Assembly: GCA_965242855.1 (NCBI GenBank)
Contig: OZ251509.1
Coordinates: 2,513,648-2,577,647, forward strand
Direction: 5' to 3'
Source: Alphaproteobacteria bacterium
Lineage (GTDB): Bacteria > Pseudomonadota > Alphaproteobacteria > UBA828
Length of the DNA: 64,000 bases
Shown here: positions 37,213 to 46,919 of the stretch, one piece after another
How the letters are laid out: every line of letters begins with the position of its first letter
Position numbering within the stretch: the first letter of the stretch is position 1
Program-made: the position numbers and the translations under genes
Notes under the pieces: generated by a model
What the model saw: the letters and a program-made list of their open reading frames with translations, nothing else
What the model was told of the DNA's origin: nothing
Databases searched by the model: none

Positions 37213-38375
37213 CGGAGCGGGAGGGGGGGCGGCTCCGGCACTACGTCTCGCGGGAGCCGTTCGACCCCGGCGCGGCGGAAGCCCTGACGCCGGAGCAGGA
37301 GCGATTCTACATGGCGTCCCAGTGGCGCATGATGTGGTGGAAGCTCAAGCGCCACCGCGTCGCCGTCGCCGCCGGGATCTTCCTGCTCGCCCTCTACGCC
37401 TCCATCCTGGTCAGCGAGTTCCTGGCGCCCTACGGCCTCCATTCCCGCCACACGGATTCGATCTACGCCCCGCCGCAGGCCGTCCAGCTCTTCCACGACG
37501 GCGAATTGCGCGCGCCCTTCGTTTACGGCTTCAAGTACAAGCTCGACATGGACACGCTGAAACGGGTGTACGTCCGGGACGAAAGCCGCATCCACACCAT
37601 CCGCTGGTTCTGCTTGGGGGACGCCTACGAATTCTGGGGCCTCGTGGAGATGCGCTTCCACATCGTCTGCCCGGCGGAGGACGGGACGCTCTTCCTGCTG
37701 GGGACGGACAGGCTCGGCCGCGACATCCTCTCGCGCATCATCTACGGCGCGCGCATCTCGCTCACGGTGGGGCTGTTCGGCATCGCCATCAGCTTCCTTC
37801 TCGGCCTCGTGTTGGGCGGCCTCTCCGGCTATTACGGCGGCTGGGTGGACGCGATCGTGCAGCGCGTCATCGAGGTGATCCGCTCCTTCCCCGAACTGCC
37901 GCTGTGGATGGCGCTGTCGGCGGCCCTGCCCGTCACCTGGTCGCCGATCGTGGTCTATTTCGGGATCACCATCATCCTCGGGCTGATCGACTGGACCGGC
38001 CTCGCCCGCGCCGTGCGCTCGAAGCTGCTGGCGCTGCGCGAGGAGGATTTCGCGACCGCCGCGATGCTCATGGGCGCCCGCCCCGGGCGCATCGTCGCGC
38101 GCCATCTGGTGCCGAGCTTCATGAGCCACCTCATCGCCTCGGCTACGCTTTCCATCCCCTCGATGATCCTGGGAGAGACGGCGCTTTCCTTCCTCGGGCT
38201 CGGCCTGCGCCCACCGATCACCAGCTGGGGGGTGCTGCTGAACGAGGCGCAGAACATCAACGCCGTCGCGCTCTACCCGTGGCTCATGCTGCCCGTGGTT
38301 CCGGTGATCCTGGTGGTCCTCGCCTTCAACTTCCTGGGCGACGGGTTGCGCGACGCGGCGGACCCGTACAAATGA
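37209..38375 (+). CDS. ABC transporter permease (DppC/OppC/YejE family)
   Basis: Transmembrane topology and conserved loop (LGTDRLGRDILSR). The start shows an ATGA overlap with the upstream permease. Confidence 0.85.
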   Translation: MTEREGGRLRHYVSREPFDPGAAEALTPEQERFYMASQWRMMWWKLKRHRVAVAAGIFLLALYASILVSEFLAPYGLHSRHTDSIYAPPQAVQLFHDGELRAPFVYGFKYKLDMDTLKRVYVRDESRIHTIRWFCLGDAYEFWGLVEMRFHIVCPAEDGTLFLLGTDRLGRDILSRIIYGARISLTVGLFGIAISFLLGLVLGGLSGYYGGWVDAIVQRVIEVIRSFPELPLWMALSAALPVTWSPIVVYFGITIILGLIDWTGLARAVRSKLLALREEDFATAAMLMGARPGRIVARHLVPSFMSHLIASATLSIPSMILGETALSFLGLGLRPPITSWGVLLNEAQNINAVALYPWLMLPVVPVILVVLAFNFLGDGLRDAADPYK

Positions 38376-38409
38376 CGGCGGCATGGCAGAGACGGCGGCG
38401 GAGGAAGGC

Positions 38410-39753
38410 ATGAACAAGCGGCGCATGGTCCTGGTGGGCTTCCTCCAGGCGCAGAACTGCTCCAACTACACCGCCTCCTGGCGCCATCCGGAGGCGGCCG
38501 GCGACTTCCTCTCCGCCGACTACTACCGGCGGATCGCCAGGATCCTCGAGGCCGGCAAGTTCCATCTCGCCTTCTTCGACGACAGGCTGGCGCTGCCGGA
38601 CATCTACGGCGGCGACCACGCGGACGCGGTGCGGAACGGCGTGCGGGTGGTGAAGATGGACCCGATCCCGGTGCTGTCGATCATGGCCGCCGCGACCGCG
38701 CGCATCGGGCTCGGCGCCACCTGCTCCACCACCTACTACCCGCCGTTCCACGTCGCCCGCACCTTCTCGACCCTCGACCACATGAGCGGCGGGCGGGCGG
38801 CCTGGAACGTCGTCACCTCGCTCAACGATTCCGAGGCCGCGAATTACGGCGCCGAATCGACGGTCGAACACGACGAACGCTACGACCGCGCCGACGAGTT
38901 CATGGAGGTGGTGCTGGGCCACTGGGATTCGTGGGACGACGACGCGATCCTTCTCGACAGGGAGGGCGGGGTCTTCGCCGATTCGGCCAAGGTGCGCCGC
39001 CTCGACCATCGGGGCCGCTTCCTGCGCTCGCGCGGGCCGTTCACCGTGCCGCGCACGCCCCAGGGGCGGCCGGTCGTGATCCAGGCGGGCCAGAGCGGGC
39101 GGGGGCGGCGCTTCGCGGCGCGCTGGGCCGAGGTGATCTTCGCGATCTTCCCGACCCTCGAATTCGGCCAACGCGCCTACGCGGCGACCCGCGCGGCCGC
39201 CGTGGAGGCCGGGCGCGACCCCGACGGCTACCGCCTGACTCCGGCGATCTACGTGACGGTGGCGGAGACGCAGGCGGCGGCCGAGGACAAGGCCGCGTTC
39301 GTCGCCGGCCTGGCGCGCCCGATCGACACCCTGGCGCTGCTGTCCGAGGCGCTCAACTACGACTTCGCGGCCAAGCCGGCGGGCGCGCCCTTCACCGACG
39401 CGGAGATGGCGTCCATCGGCGGCCTCCAGGCGATCCGCGACCGCGTCGTCGCGCTGAGCGGCAACCCTCACCCGACGGTCGAGGATTTCGTGGCCTACAG
39501 CCGCCGCGGCACGGTCGACGAGATGCCCCATTTCGTGGGCACGCCGGAGGCCGTCGCCGACCGCATGGCCGAATGGTTCGAAGGCGGAGCCTGCGACGGC
39601 TTCGTCGTCGCCGCGACCCACGTGCCGGGTTCCTATGAGGACGCCGCGCGCCTCGTCGTCCCCGAACTCCAACGCCGCGGCCTCTTCCACCACGACTACG
39701 CCGGCCCCACCCTGCGGGAGAATCTCGGCTTCCCACCCCTCCGCCCCCGCTAG
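38410..39753 (+). CDS. LLM-class flavin-dependent monooxygenase (NtaA/SnaA/DszA-like)
   Basis: Family-typical N-terminus (VLVGFLQAQNCSNYTASWRHPE). An alternative start lies at 38383. Confidence 0.75.
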   Translation: MNKRRMVLVGFLQAQNCSNYTASWRHPEAAGDFLSADYYRRIARILEAGKFHLAFFDDRLALPDIYGGDHADAVRNGVRVVKMDPIPVLSIMAAATARIGLGATCSTTYYPPFHVARTFSTLDHMSGGRAAWNVVTSLNDSEAANYGAESTVEHDERYDRADEFMEVVLGHWDSWDDDAILLDREGGVFADSAKVRRLDHRGRFLRSRGPFTVPRTPQGRPVVIQAGQSGRGRRFAARWAEVIFAIFPTLEFGQRAYAATRAAAVEAGRDPDGYRLTPAIYVTVAETQAAAEDKAAFVAGLARPIDTLALLSEALNYDFAAKPAGAPFTDAEMASIGGLQAIRDRVVALSGNPHPTVEDFVAYSRRGTVDEMPHFVGTPEAVADRMAEWFEGGACDGFVVAATHVPGSYEDAARLVVPELQRRGLFHHDYAGPTLRENLGFPPLRPR

Positions 39754-39793
39754 CGCCAATCGGATGGAGCAGAGAGGCGCCGCCTGCACGACA

Positions 39794-39831
39794 CAAATCA
39801 GTTGTCAACGAAAAGGTTGACAACTGATTTG
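39794..39831. terminator. Perfect 16-bp inverted repeat with a 6-nt loop in an AT-rich spacer. It could be a terminator or an operator.
   Basis: The repeat reads CAAATCAGTTGTCAAC-GAAAAG-GTTGACAACTGATTTG. It lies just after the stop of the monooxygenase gene and 47 nt before the next start. TTGACA occurs twice, at 39817 and 39832. Confidence 0.45.
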
Positions 39832-39877
39832 TTGACACCCATCATACGACAAATCCGTTGGTATTGAGAGGCGGGCC

Positions 39878-41104
39878 ATGAAACCGGCTACCGGCCGTTG
39901 GGTGAGCGGCGACGACTTCTGCGGCCGCGAAACCGAATTGGGCATTTTGGAAACGCGGGCCCGTGAGGGCAACCATACGCTGCTCACCGGGCAGCGGCGC
40001 ATGGGGAAGACCAGTATCGCCCGCGAGCTCGGGCGGAGGCTGGAGGGTGCCGGCTGGACCGCGCTCTTCGCCGACGTCGAGGATGCGGCGTGCGCGGAAG
40101 ACGCGATCGCCGAGATCGCCCGGGCCGCGTACCCGGTTCGCTCCATCGTGGCGCGCGTCGCCGCCAGCGTAGCGCGCGTCCGGGACATCCGCGGGAAGGT
40201 CGAGGTCGGAGCACTCGACTTTCGCGTGAAGTTCCGCGCCCGCCTGGACGCCGGAAACTGGCGGCGCCACGGGGACAGCCTGATCCGCGCCTGCGCCAAG
40301 CACGAACAACCGGTTCTCCTCGTCGTCGACGAACTGCCGATCCTCCTCACGCGCATGCTTCGCGAAGAAGACGGCGCGCGGCATGTCGACGACTTCCTGA
40401 GCTGGCTGCGGCGCGCGCTCCAGGGGCTGGAAGGCGGCTCTCCGGTCGTCATCCTCTCCGGCAGCATCGGCCTCATGCCCCTGGTGGCCCGGCTCGGCAT
40501 TCCCGACCGAGTCAACTACCTTGATTCCTTCCGCCTGGGACCCTGGAGCCACGACGAGAGCATCGCCTGTTTCGAGCGGCTCGCCGCGCGTTGCGGCTTG
40601 CAGGTCGAGGACGGCGTTGCCGGCGCCGTTTACGACACCCTCGGCATCGGCATTCCCCACCACGTGCAGTCCTTCTTTGCGCGTTTGCGGGAAGCCGCCG
40701 CGATGCGGGGGCGCGACCGGATGACGAAGGCGGACGTTGGCGAGGTCTACCGCACGGGGCTCCTCGGACCATCGGGGCAGAGTGATCTCCTGCATTACGA
40801 GACCCGCCTCGCGGATGCGCTGGACGACGAAAGCCGCAGGATCGCGATGGAGATCCTCGCCGAGGCCGCGGTCCAGGGTGTGTTCGGCGCCGATGCGCGG
40901 CGCGCCATCGAACGGTCTTACACGCCGTTGTTCCCGGATGCGCCCGCCCGCGTCGTTGCGGCGCTCGACGTGCTGGGGCACGACGGCTATCTCGAACCCG
41001 GCGCCGACGGTTATCGCTTCCCGTCGCGCCTGCTGAAGGACTGGTGGGCGACACGCTTTCGCGATCACCATATGCCGCTCGCGGAGCGGGGCGCCCGGCC
41101 ATGA
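39878..41104 (+). CDS. Arch_ATPase/ORC-like P-loop NTPase (ATP-binding protein)
   Basis: N-terminal FCGRETEL followed by Walker A LLTGQRRMGKTS, and Walker B LLVVDELP. Confidence 0.7.
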   Translation: MKPATGRWVSGDDFCGRETELGILETRAREGNHTLLTGQRRMGKTSIARELGRRLEGAGWTALFADVEDAACAEDAIAEIARAAYPVRSIVARVAASVARVRDIRGKVEVGALDFRVKFRARLDAGNWRRHGDSLIRACAKHEQPVLLVVDELPILLTRMLREEDGARHVDDFLSWLRRALQGLEGGSPVVILSGSIGLMPLVARLGIPDRVNYLDSFRLGPWSHDESIACFERLAARCGLQVEDGVAGAVYDTLGIGIPHHVQSFFARLREAAAMRGRDRMTKADVGEVYRTGLLGPSGQSDLLHYETRLADALDDESRRIAMEILAEAAVQGVFGADARRAIERSYTPLFPDAPARVVAALDVLGHDGYLEPGADGYRFPSRLLKDWWATRFRDHHMPLAERGARP

Positions 41105-43575
41105 CCGCCCCGAACGCCCGGACGCTCCGCAAGTTCAATCCCGGGCTGTTCCAGTCCGACCGCGAGGTGATCGAACAATTTGTCGTCCGGCACCGCGAGC
41201 TCGAGAGGGTGCTCGAGATCCTCCGGGGAAACGTCGACTCGCCGTCCTGCCAGCACGTCCTGGTCGTCGCGCCGCGCGGCCGGGGCAAGACCATGCTGCT
41301 GGCGCGCGTCGCCGCCGAGCTCCGGACCGACGAAGCGCTCTCCCGGCGCCTGTTGCCGGTGCGGTTCATGGAGGAAAGTCATGAGATCCTCGGTCTCGCC
41401 GACTTCTGGCTCGAAGCGCTGTTTCACTTGGCGCGGGAGACCGATGTCCCGGCTCTCTCGCGGGAGTTGCGTGACACCCATGCCGACCTGAAATCCCGCT
41501 GGCGCGAGCGCGAACTGCCCGACCGCGCCCGCGCCGCCGTCGTCGAAGCGGCGGAACTCCTCGACAGGCGGCTGGTCCTCATGGTCGAGAACCTTCAGGC
41601 ACTCTGCGACTCCGTGGACGACGATTTCGGCTGGGGGCTTCGCCAAGCGTTGCAGTCGGAGCCCCGGATCGTGCTGCTGGCCACCGCCACCAGCCGCTTC
41701 GCGGCGCTGGACGATGCGCGCCAGCCCTTCTTCGAACTGTTCTGGCAAGTCTCTCTGGAGCCGCTGGACAGGGAGGCATGCCGGCGCCTGTGGCGCGCGG
41801 TCGCCGGGGACGGCAGGAGCGATGGCGAAATCAGGGCCTTGCAAATCCTCACCGGCGGCAGCCCCCGCCTGCTGGTCATCGTCGCGGAATTCGCGCGGCA
41901 TCGCTCCCTGCGCCGCCTGATGGACGAACTGGTGACCCTGATCGACGACCACACGGAGTATTTTCGCGGCCACCTGGAGAGCCTGGCCAGGACCGAGCGC
42001 CGGGTCTATCTGGCGGCAGTCGATCTCTGGCGGCCGTCGAGCACCGGCGAGATTGCGGCGCGTTCCGCGATGGACGTGCGCCCCGTCTCGACCATGCTCG
42101 GCAGGCTCGTCGACCGCGGCGCGATCGCCGTAGAAGGAACCGGCCGCAAGCGGCGCTACGCCGCCGCCGAGCGCCTCTATTGCATCTACTACAAGCTGCG
42201 GCGCGAACGCGACGAAGCGGCCGTCGTGCAAAACCTGATCCGCTTCATGGCGGTCTTCTACGGCCGCGACGAACTGGCGGACCTGTCCGGCCTGCTCCGC
42301 GCCGAAGCGATGCAGTCGGCAATCATTCGCGAGGGGATCGAACGCGCGATCGCCGAAGCGCCGGAAATCGGAAGCATCTTCCCCGGCGAGACATGGCCGA
42401 ACATCGCCCGGCCGGCCGGCTTGGCCGAAACAAGCGAGATCGACCTCGCGGCACTCGTGAAGAAGGCGGCCTCGCACGTGGAGCGCGGCGAATCCGAGGC
42501 AGCGGTCACAACATGCGACCAAGTGATCGAACGCTTCGGCGACGACGACACGCCGGAAATCCGAGCGCAGGTCGCCTGGGCGTTGACCTGCAAGGGTATT
42601 ACGCAAGGCAAGCTTGGCGAGACTGAGGCAGCGATCGCAACATGCGACCAAGCGATTGAACGCTTCGGTGACGACGACACGCCAGAAGTACGGCCGGCGG
42701 TTGTCATAGCGCTGGTCCTCAAGGGTATTACGCAAGGCAAGCTTGGCGAGGCTGAAGCGGAGATCAAAACATACGATCAAGCGATCGAACGCTTTGGCGA
42801 TGACGACACGCCAGAAGTACGGCCGGCGGTTGTCGTAGCACTGGTCCTCAAGGGTATTACGCAAGGCAAGTTCGGCGAGGCTGAAGCGGAGATCAAAACA
42901 TACGATCGAGCGATCGAACGCTTCGGCAATGACGGCACGCCGGAAGTTCGGGCGCTGGTCGCCAGGGTGCTGGTCAACAAGGGCATTGCCCAAGGACAGC
43001 TTGGCGAGTCCAGGGCGGAGATCACGACATACGATCAAGCGATCGAACGCTTCAGCGACGACGGCACGCCGGAAGTTCGAGCGCTGGTCGCCTGGGCGCT
43101 GGTCCGCAAGGGCATCGCGCAAGGGCGGCTTGGCGAGTTCGAGGCGGCAATCGCGACCTACAACCAAGTGATCGAACGCTTCGGCGGTGACGGCACGCCG
43201 GAAGTCCGGGCGCCGGTCGCCGATGCGTTGGCCAACAAGTGTGCGGTGCAAATGAGAATCGGCCGCGCGGAAGATGCTCTGGATACCTTTCGCCTCGCGT
43301 ATGCCGCATTCGCTCCCGACGATCAGGCGATGCTGGGTGCCATGCAGGAAACCGTACCGGCGTTGATCGCCGGCGGCCTCCTCGAGCGCGGCCTCATCGA
43401 GATACTCGAGGAGGACCGCGAGAAAGCGGACGCTCTGGCGCCGCTCATCGTGGCCCTGCAACAGCGCGCCGGCGACAGCGTCCGCGCGCCGGCCGAGGTG
43501 CTCGAAGTCGCGGCCGACATCCTGGAACAAATCGAGGGGAAAAGCACGGTGCCGGCCGCTCTCCCGGATTCGTGA
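41101..43575 (+). CDS. STAND-like P-loop NTPase with a winged helix-turn-helix (wHTH) and 43-aa TPR-like tandem repeats
   Basis: Walker A VVAPRGRGKTML, Walker B LVLMVENLQ, a MarR-like wHTH (RRVYLAAVDLWRPSSTGEIAARS), then six 43-aa repeats of the form TxDQAIERFGDDDTPEVRxxVxxALVxKGITQGKLGExEAxIx. The start shows an ATGA overlap with the upstream ATPase. Confidence 0.7.
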   Translation: MTAPNARTLRKFNPGLFQSDREVIEQFVVRHRELERVLEILRGNVDSPSCQHVLVVAPRGRGKTMLLARVAAELRTDEALSRRLLPVRFMEESHEILGLADFWLEALFHLARETDVPALSRELRDTHADLKSRWRERELPDRARAAVVEAAELLDRRLVLMVENLQALCDSVDDDFGWGLRQALQSEPRIVLLATATSRFAALDDARQPFFELFWQVSLEPLDREACRRLWRAVAGDGRSDGEIRALQILTGGSPRLLVIVAEFARHRSLRRLMDELVTLIDDHTEYFRGHLESLARTERRVYLAAVDLWRPSSTGEIAARSAMDVRPVSTMLGRLVDRGAIAVEGTGRKRRYAAAERLYCIYYKLRRERDEAAVVQNLIRFMAVFYGRDELADLSGLLRAEAMQSAIIREGIERAIAEAPEIGSIFPGETWPNIARPAGLAETSEIDLAALVKKAASHVERGESEAAVTTCDQVIERFGDDDTPEIRAQVAWALTCKGITQGKLGETEAAIATCDQAIERFGDDDTPEVRPAVVIALVLKGITQGKLGEAEAEIKTYDQAIERFGDDDTPEVRPAVVVALVLKGITQGKFGEAEAEIKTYDRAIERFGNDGTPEVRALVARVLVNKGIAQGQLGESRAEITTYDQAIERFSDDGTPEVRALVAWALVRKGIAQGRLGEFEAAIATYNQVIERFGGDGTPEVRAPVADALANKCAVQMRIGRAEDALDTFRLAYAAFAPDDQAMLGAMQETVPALIAGGLLERGLIEILEEDREKADALAPLIVALQQRAGDSVRAPAEVLEVAADILEQIEGKSTVPAALPDS
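42508..43281 (+). repeat. Six in-frame tandem 129-bp repeats, near-identical at the DNA level
   Basis: Unit starts fall at about 42508, 42637, 42766, 42895, 43024 and 43153. Units 2 and 3 differ at only a few nucleotides. Confidence 0.75.
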
Positions 43576-43682
43576 TCGCGGACGATCGGGCAACCGCCCG
43601 GCGGGCGTTGGCAATCATGCGCCGATTGGCCTAGGGTGCGGGGCGAGTGGAGGTCGAACGTCGAGGCCGGTGGCGATGGGCC

Positions 43683-44126
43683 ATGGCTGATCCCGGATCC
43701 CGAGAAAACCCCTCGATGGAGGAAATCCTGGCCTCCATCCGCCGGATCGTCGTGGAGGAAAGCGGCGCTCCCGCCAGGGACGGCGACATCCTCGACCTGA
43801 CCGACGTCGTGGACGAGGAAGGCAACGTCGTCGCGCGGGAAAGCGCCGCGAGCGGCCCGCTTCCAAGCGCCGGGCCGCCGCCCCCCTGTCTGGACACGCC
43901 GCTGGTGTCGCCCTCCGTCGAGGCCGAGGTCGCCCGAGCGCTCCGGCGCGCGGGCCCGGACGCGCCGCCACCGGCCGGCGCGGACGACCGGGCCATCGAG
44001 GACCACCTGCGCGCGATGCTGCGACCGATGCTCCAGGAATGGCTGGACAAGCACCTGCCGGGGATCGTCGAACGCCTCGTGCAAGGCGAAATCGCGCGCA
44101 TCGCGCGCCGCTCCGGCCCCGGATAG
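43683..44126 (+). CDS. popZ: PopZ-like polar organizing protein (DUF2497 C-terminal domain)
   Basis: N-terminal [15 protein letters not shown] motif, an acidic proline-rich linker, and a C-terminal segment [28 protein letters not shown]. Confidence 0.6.
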   Translation: MADPGSRENPSMEEILASIRRIVVEESGAPARDGDILDLTDVVDEEGNVVARESAASGPLPSAGPPPPCLDTPLVSPSVEAEVARALRRAGPDAPPPAGADDRAIEDHLRAMLRPMLQEWLDKHLPGIVERLVQGEIARIARRSGPG

Positions 44127-44181
44127 GGCGCCGGGCACCGGCGCGCCGGCCCCACCCCACGGAAAGAACCCCCGGACGACG

Positions 44182-46845
44182 ATGCTGGACAAGACCTATC
44201 GGCCCGCCGAGTTCGAAGGCCGACTCTACGAGGCCTGGGAACGCGGCGGCGCGTTCGCCGCGCGTCCCGGCGGGGCGGGCGGGGCGCAGCCTTATTGCGT
44301 CATGATGCCGCCGCCCAACGTCACGGGCAGCCTCCATATGGGCCACGCGCTCAACAACACCTTGCAGGACGTGCTGACCCGCTACCGGCGCAAGACCGGT
44401 CGCCGCGCGCTCTGGCAGCCCGGCATGGACCACGCCGGGATCGCGACCCAGATGGTCGTCGAGCGCCAGCTGGCGGAGGAAGGAAGCGACCGCCGGCGCA
44501 TGGGCCGCGAGGCGTTCATCGAGCGGGTTTGGGCCTGGAAGGCGGAATCGGGAGGCGCGATCCAGCACCAGCTGCGCCGCCTCGGCGCCTCGCCCGACTG
44601 GACGCGCGATCGCTTCACCATGGACGAAGGCTTGAGCCGGGCCGTGGTCGAGGTCTTCGTCGCCCTCCATCGGCAGGGCCTGATCTACCGGGACAAGCGC
44701 CTCGTCAATTGGGACCCGGCGCTGCGCACCGCGATCTCTGACCTGGAGGTCGTCCAGCGCGAAGCGGCGGACGGCAGGCTCTGGCACATCCGCTATCCCC
44801 TCGCGGACCGGCCGGGTGCCCATGTCGTGGTCGCCACCACCCGGCCCGAAACCATGCTGGGCGATACCGCCGTGGCCGTCCACCCGGAAGACCCGCGCCA
44901 CCGCAGCCTCGTCGGCGCCGAGGCCGTCCTGCCGCTGGTCGGCCGCCGCCTGCCGATCGTCGCCGACGCCCATGCCGACCCGGAGCAGGGATCGGGTGCG
45001 GTGAAGATCACCCCCGCCCACGACTTCAACGATTTCGAGGTGGGCCGCCGGCACGGCCTCGAGGTCGTCAACCTGTTCGACGAGAACGCCCGGCTCAACG
45101 AGAACGTGCCCGAAGCCTATCGCGGCCTCGACCGCTTCGCCGCGCGTGAGCGGATCGTCGCCGATCTTCAGGGCCTCGGCCTGATCGAGAAGATCGAGCC
45201 CCATGCCCATGCGGTGCCCGTCGGCGACCGTTCGGGCTCGGTCATCGAGCCCTGGCTCACCGATCAGTGGTATGTCGACGCCGCGACCCTCGCCGGCCCC
45301 GCGATCGAGGCCGTCGAATCCGGCCGCATCCGTTTCGTCCCGGAGCGGTGGGCGAACACCTATTTTGAATGGATGCGCAACATCCAGCCCTGGTGTATCT
45401 CCCGCCAGCTCTGGTGGGGCCATCGCATTCCGGCCTGGTACGGCCCCGACGGCCAGGCGTTCGTCGCCGCCGACGAGGCCGGCGCGCGGGAAGCAGCGGC
45501 GCGCCATTATGGCGAGCCCGTGGCGCTCACCCGCGATCCCGACGTGCTGGACACCTGGTTCAGTTCCGCCCTCTGGCCTTTCTCCACCCTCGGCTGGCCG
45601 GAGCGCACGGAGACGCTGGCGACCTACTATCCCAACGACGACATGATCACCGGCTTCGACATCATCTTCTTCTGGGTCGCGCGGATGGTCATGCTCGGCA
45701 TCCACTTCATGGGCGGGGTCCCCTTCCGCACCGTCTATATCCACGCGCTGGTGCGGGACGAGACGGGGCGGAAGATGTCCAAGAGCCAGGGCAACGTCAT
45801 CGACCCGCTGGCGCTCATGGACGAATACGGCGCCGACGCGCTGCGCTTCACCCTCGCCGCGATGGAGGCGCAAGGCCGCGACATCAAGCTCTCCGAGAGC
45901 CGCGTCGCCGGCTACCGCAACTTCGCGACCAAGCTGTGGAACGCCGCGCGGTTCTGCGAGGCGAACGAATGCCGGCCCGCTCCCGGCTTCGCTCCGGCGG
46001 GATGCCGGAGCGTCGTCAACCGGTGGATCGTCGGCGAGGCGGCGCGGACGGCGGAGGCCGTTACCGCCGCGCTCGATGCCTACCGCTTCAACGAAGCGGC
46101 GGGCGCGGTCTATCGCTTCGCCTGGGGCGTGTTCTGCGATTGGTACCTGGAGTTCGCGAAGGCGCCGCTGGGCGGCACCGACGGGCCGGAGAGGCGGGAA
46201 ACCCGCGCCGTCGCCGGCTGGGTGCTGGACACCGTCCTCGGCCTGCTCCATCCGTTCATGCCGTTCGTCACCGAGGAGCTGTGGGGCAGGCTCGACGAGA
46301 GCCGGGCCGGTGGTCTGATCGCGGCCCCCTGGCCGGCGCCCGGCGCGGACGTCGCCGATCCCGCGGCCGATCGGGAGATGGATTGGGTGGTGCGACTGAT
46401 CTCGGCGGTCCGCGCCGTGCGCGCCGAGATGAACGTGCCGGCGGGAGCGCGAATCACCCTCGGCCTGCGCGGCGCGGCGCCGGAGACGCTGGACCGGCTG
46501 CGGCGGCACCGCGCGGCCGTCACGCGACTCGCCCGACTGAGCGAGGCCGCGGCGCTGGAAGGCGCCGTGCCGCGCGGCGCCGTCCAGGCCGTGCTGGACG
46601 AGACGACCGTCGTCCTGCCGCTCGCCGGCGTGGTCGCGTTTGAGAAGGAGCGTGCGCGCCTCGAGAAGGAGATCGGCCGGCTCGAGGGGAGAATGGCCGG
46701 CATCGAGAGGAAGCTCGGCGACGAACGCTTCCTCGAGCGGGCGCCGGCCCATGTCGTGGACGAGCAGCGGGGACGCCTGCAAGAGGCACGGGACGCGCGG
46801 GCGCGCCTGGAGGAGGCGCTGGCGCGAATCGCCGCGTCTTCGTGA
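44182..46845 (+). CDS. valS: Valine--tRNA ligase
   Basis: HIGH motif (SLHMGHAL), KMSKS motif, and a C-terminal coiled coil. Confidence 0.95.
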   Translation: MLDKTYRPAEFEGRLYEAWERGGAFAARPGGAGGAQPYCVMMPPPNVTGSLHMGHALNNTLQDVLTRYRRKTGRRALWQPGMDHAGIATQMVVERQLAEEGSDRRRMGREAFIERVWAWKAESGGAIQHQLRRLGASPDWTRDRFTMDEGLSRAVVEVFVALHRQGLIYRDKRLVNWDPALRTAISDLEVVQREAADGRLWHIRYPLADRPGAHVVVATTRPETMLGDTAVAVHPEDPRHRSLVGAEAVLPLVGRRLPIVADAHADPEQGSGAVKITPAHDFNDFEVGRRHGLEVVNLFDENARLNENVPEAYRGLDRFAARERIVADLQGLGLIEKIEPHAHAVPVGDRSGSVIEPWLTDQWYVDAATLAGPAIEAVESGRIRFVPERWANTYFEWMRNIQPWCISRQLWWGHRIPAWYGPDGQAFVAADEAGAREAAARHYGEPVALTRDPDVLDTWFSSALWPFSTLGWPERTETLATYYPNDDMITGFDIIFFWVARMVMLGIHFMGGVPFRTVYIHALVRDETGRKMSKSQGNVIDPLALMDEYGADALRFTLAAMEAQGRDIKLSESRVAGYRNFATKLWNAARFCEANECRPAPGFAPAGCRSVVNRWIVGEAARTAEAVTAALDAYRFNEAAGAVYRFAWGVFCDWYLEFAKAPLGGTDGPERRETRAVAGWVLDTVLGLLHPFMPFVTEELWGRLDESRAGGLIAAPWPAPGADVADPAADREMDWVVRLISAVRAVRAEMNVPAGARITLGLRGAAPETLDRLRRHRAAVTRLARLSEAAALEGAVPRGAVQAVLDETTVVLPLAGVVAFEKERARLEKEIGRLEGRMAGIERKLGDERFLERAPAHVVDEQRGRLQEARDARARLEEALARIAASS

Positions 46846-46919
46846 GACGGCCCGCGCGCGGCTTGACCGGGACCGGCCGGGGCGGGTAAGCGGAGCGGCG
46901 CGGGCCGGGGGAGATCGCG

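Noticed and set aside
39832-39870. Canonical sigma-70 promoter call from the TTGACA hexamers
   Set aside because: No convincing -10 hexamer sits at 16-18 nt spacing. The region is kept only as a low-confidence regulatory region within the palindrome finding.
42508-43281. Possible CRISPR array suggested by 129-bp direct repeats
   Set aside because: The repeats are contiguous with no spacers, lie in frame inside a coding sequence, and encode conserved helical units.
41065-43614. 849-aa minus-strand ORF antisense to the STAND-like gene
   Set aside because: It is kept open by the tandem repeats and has a repetitive, unrealistic composition. The sense frame has Walker motifs and a wHTH.
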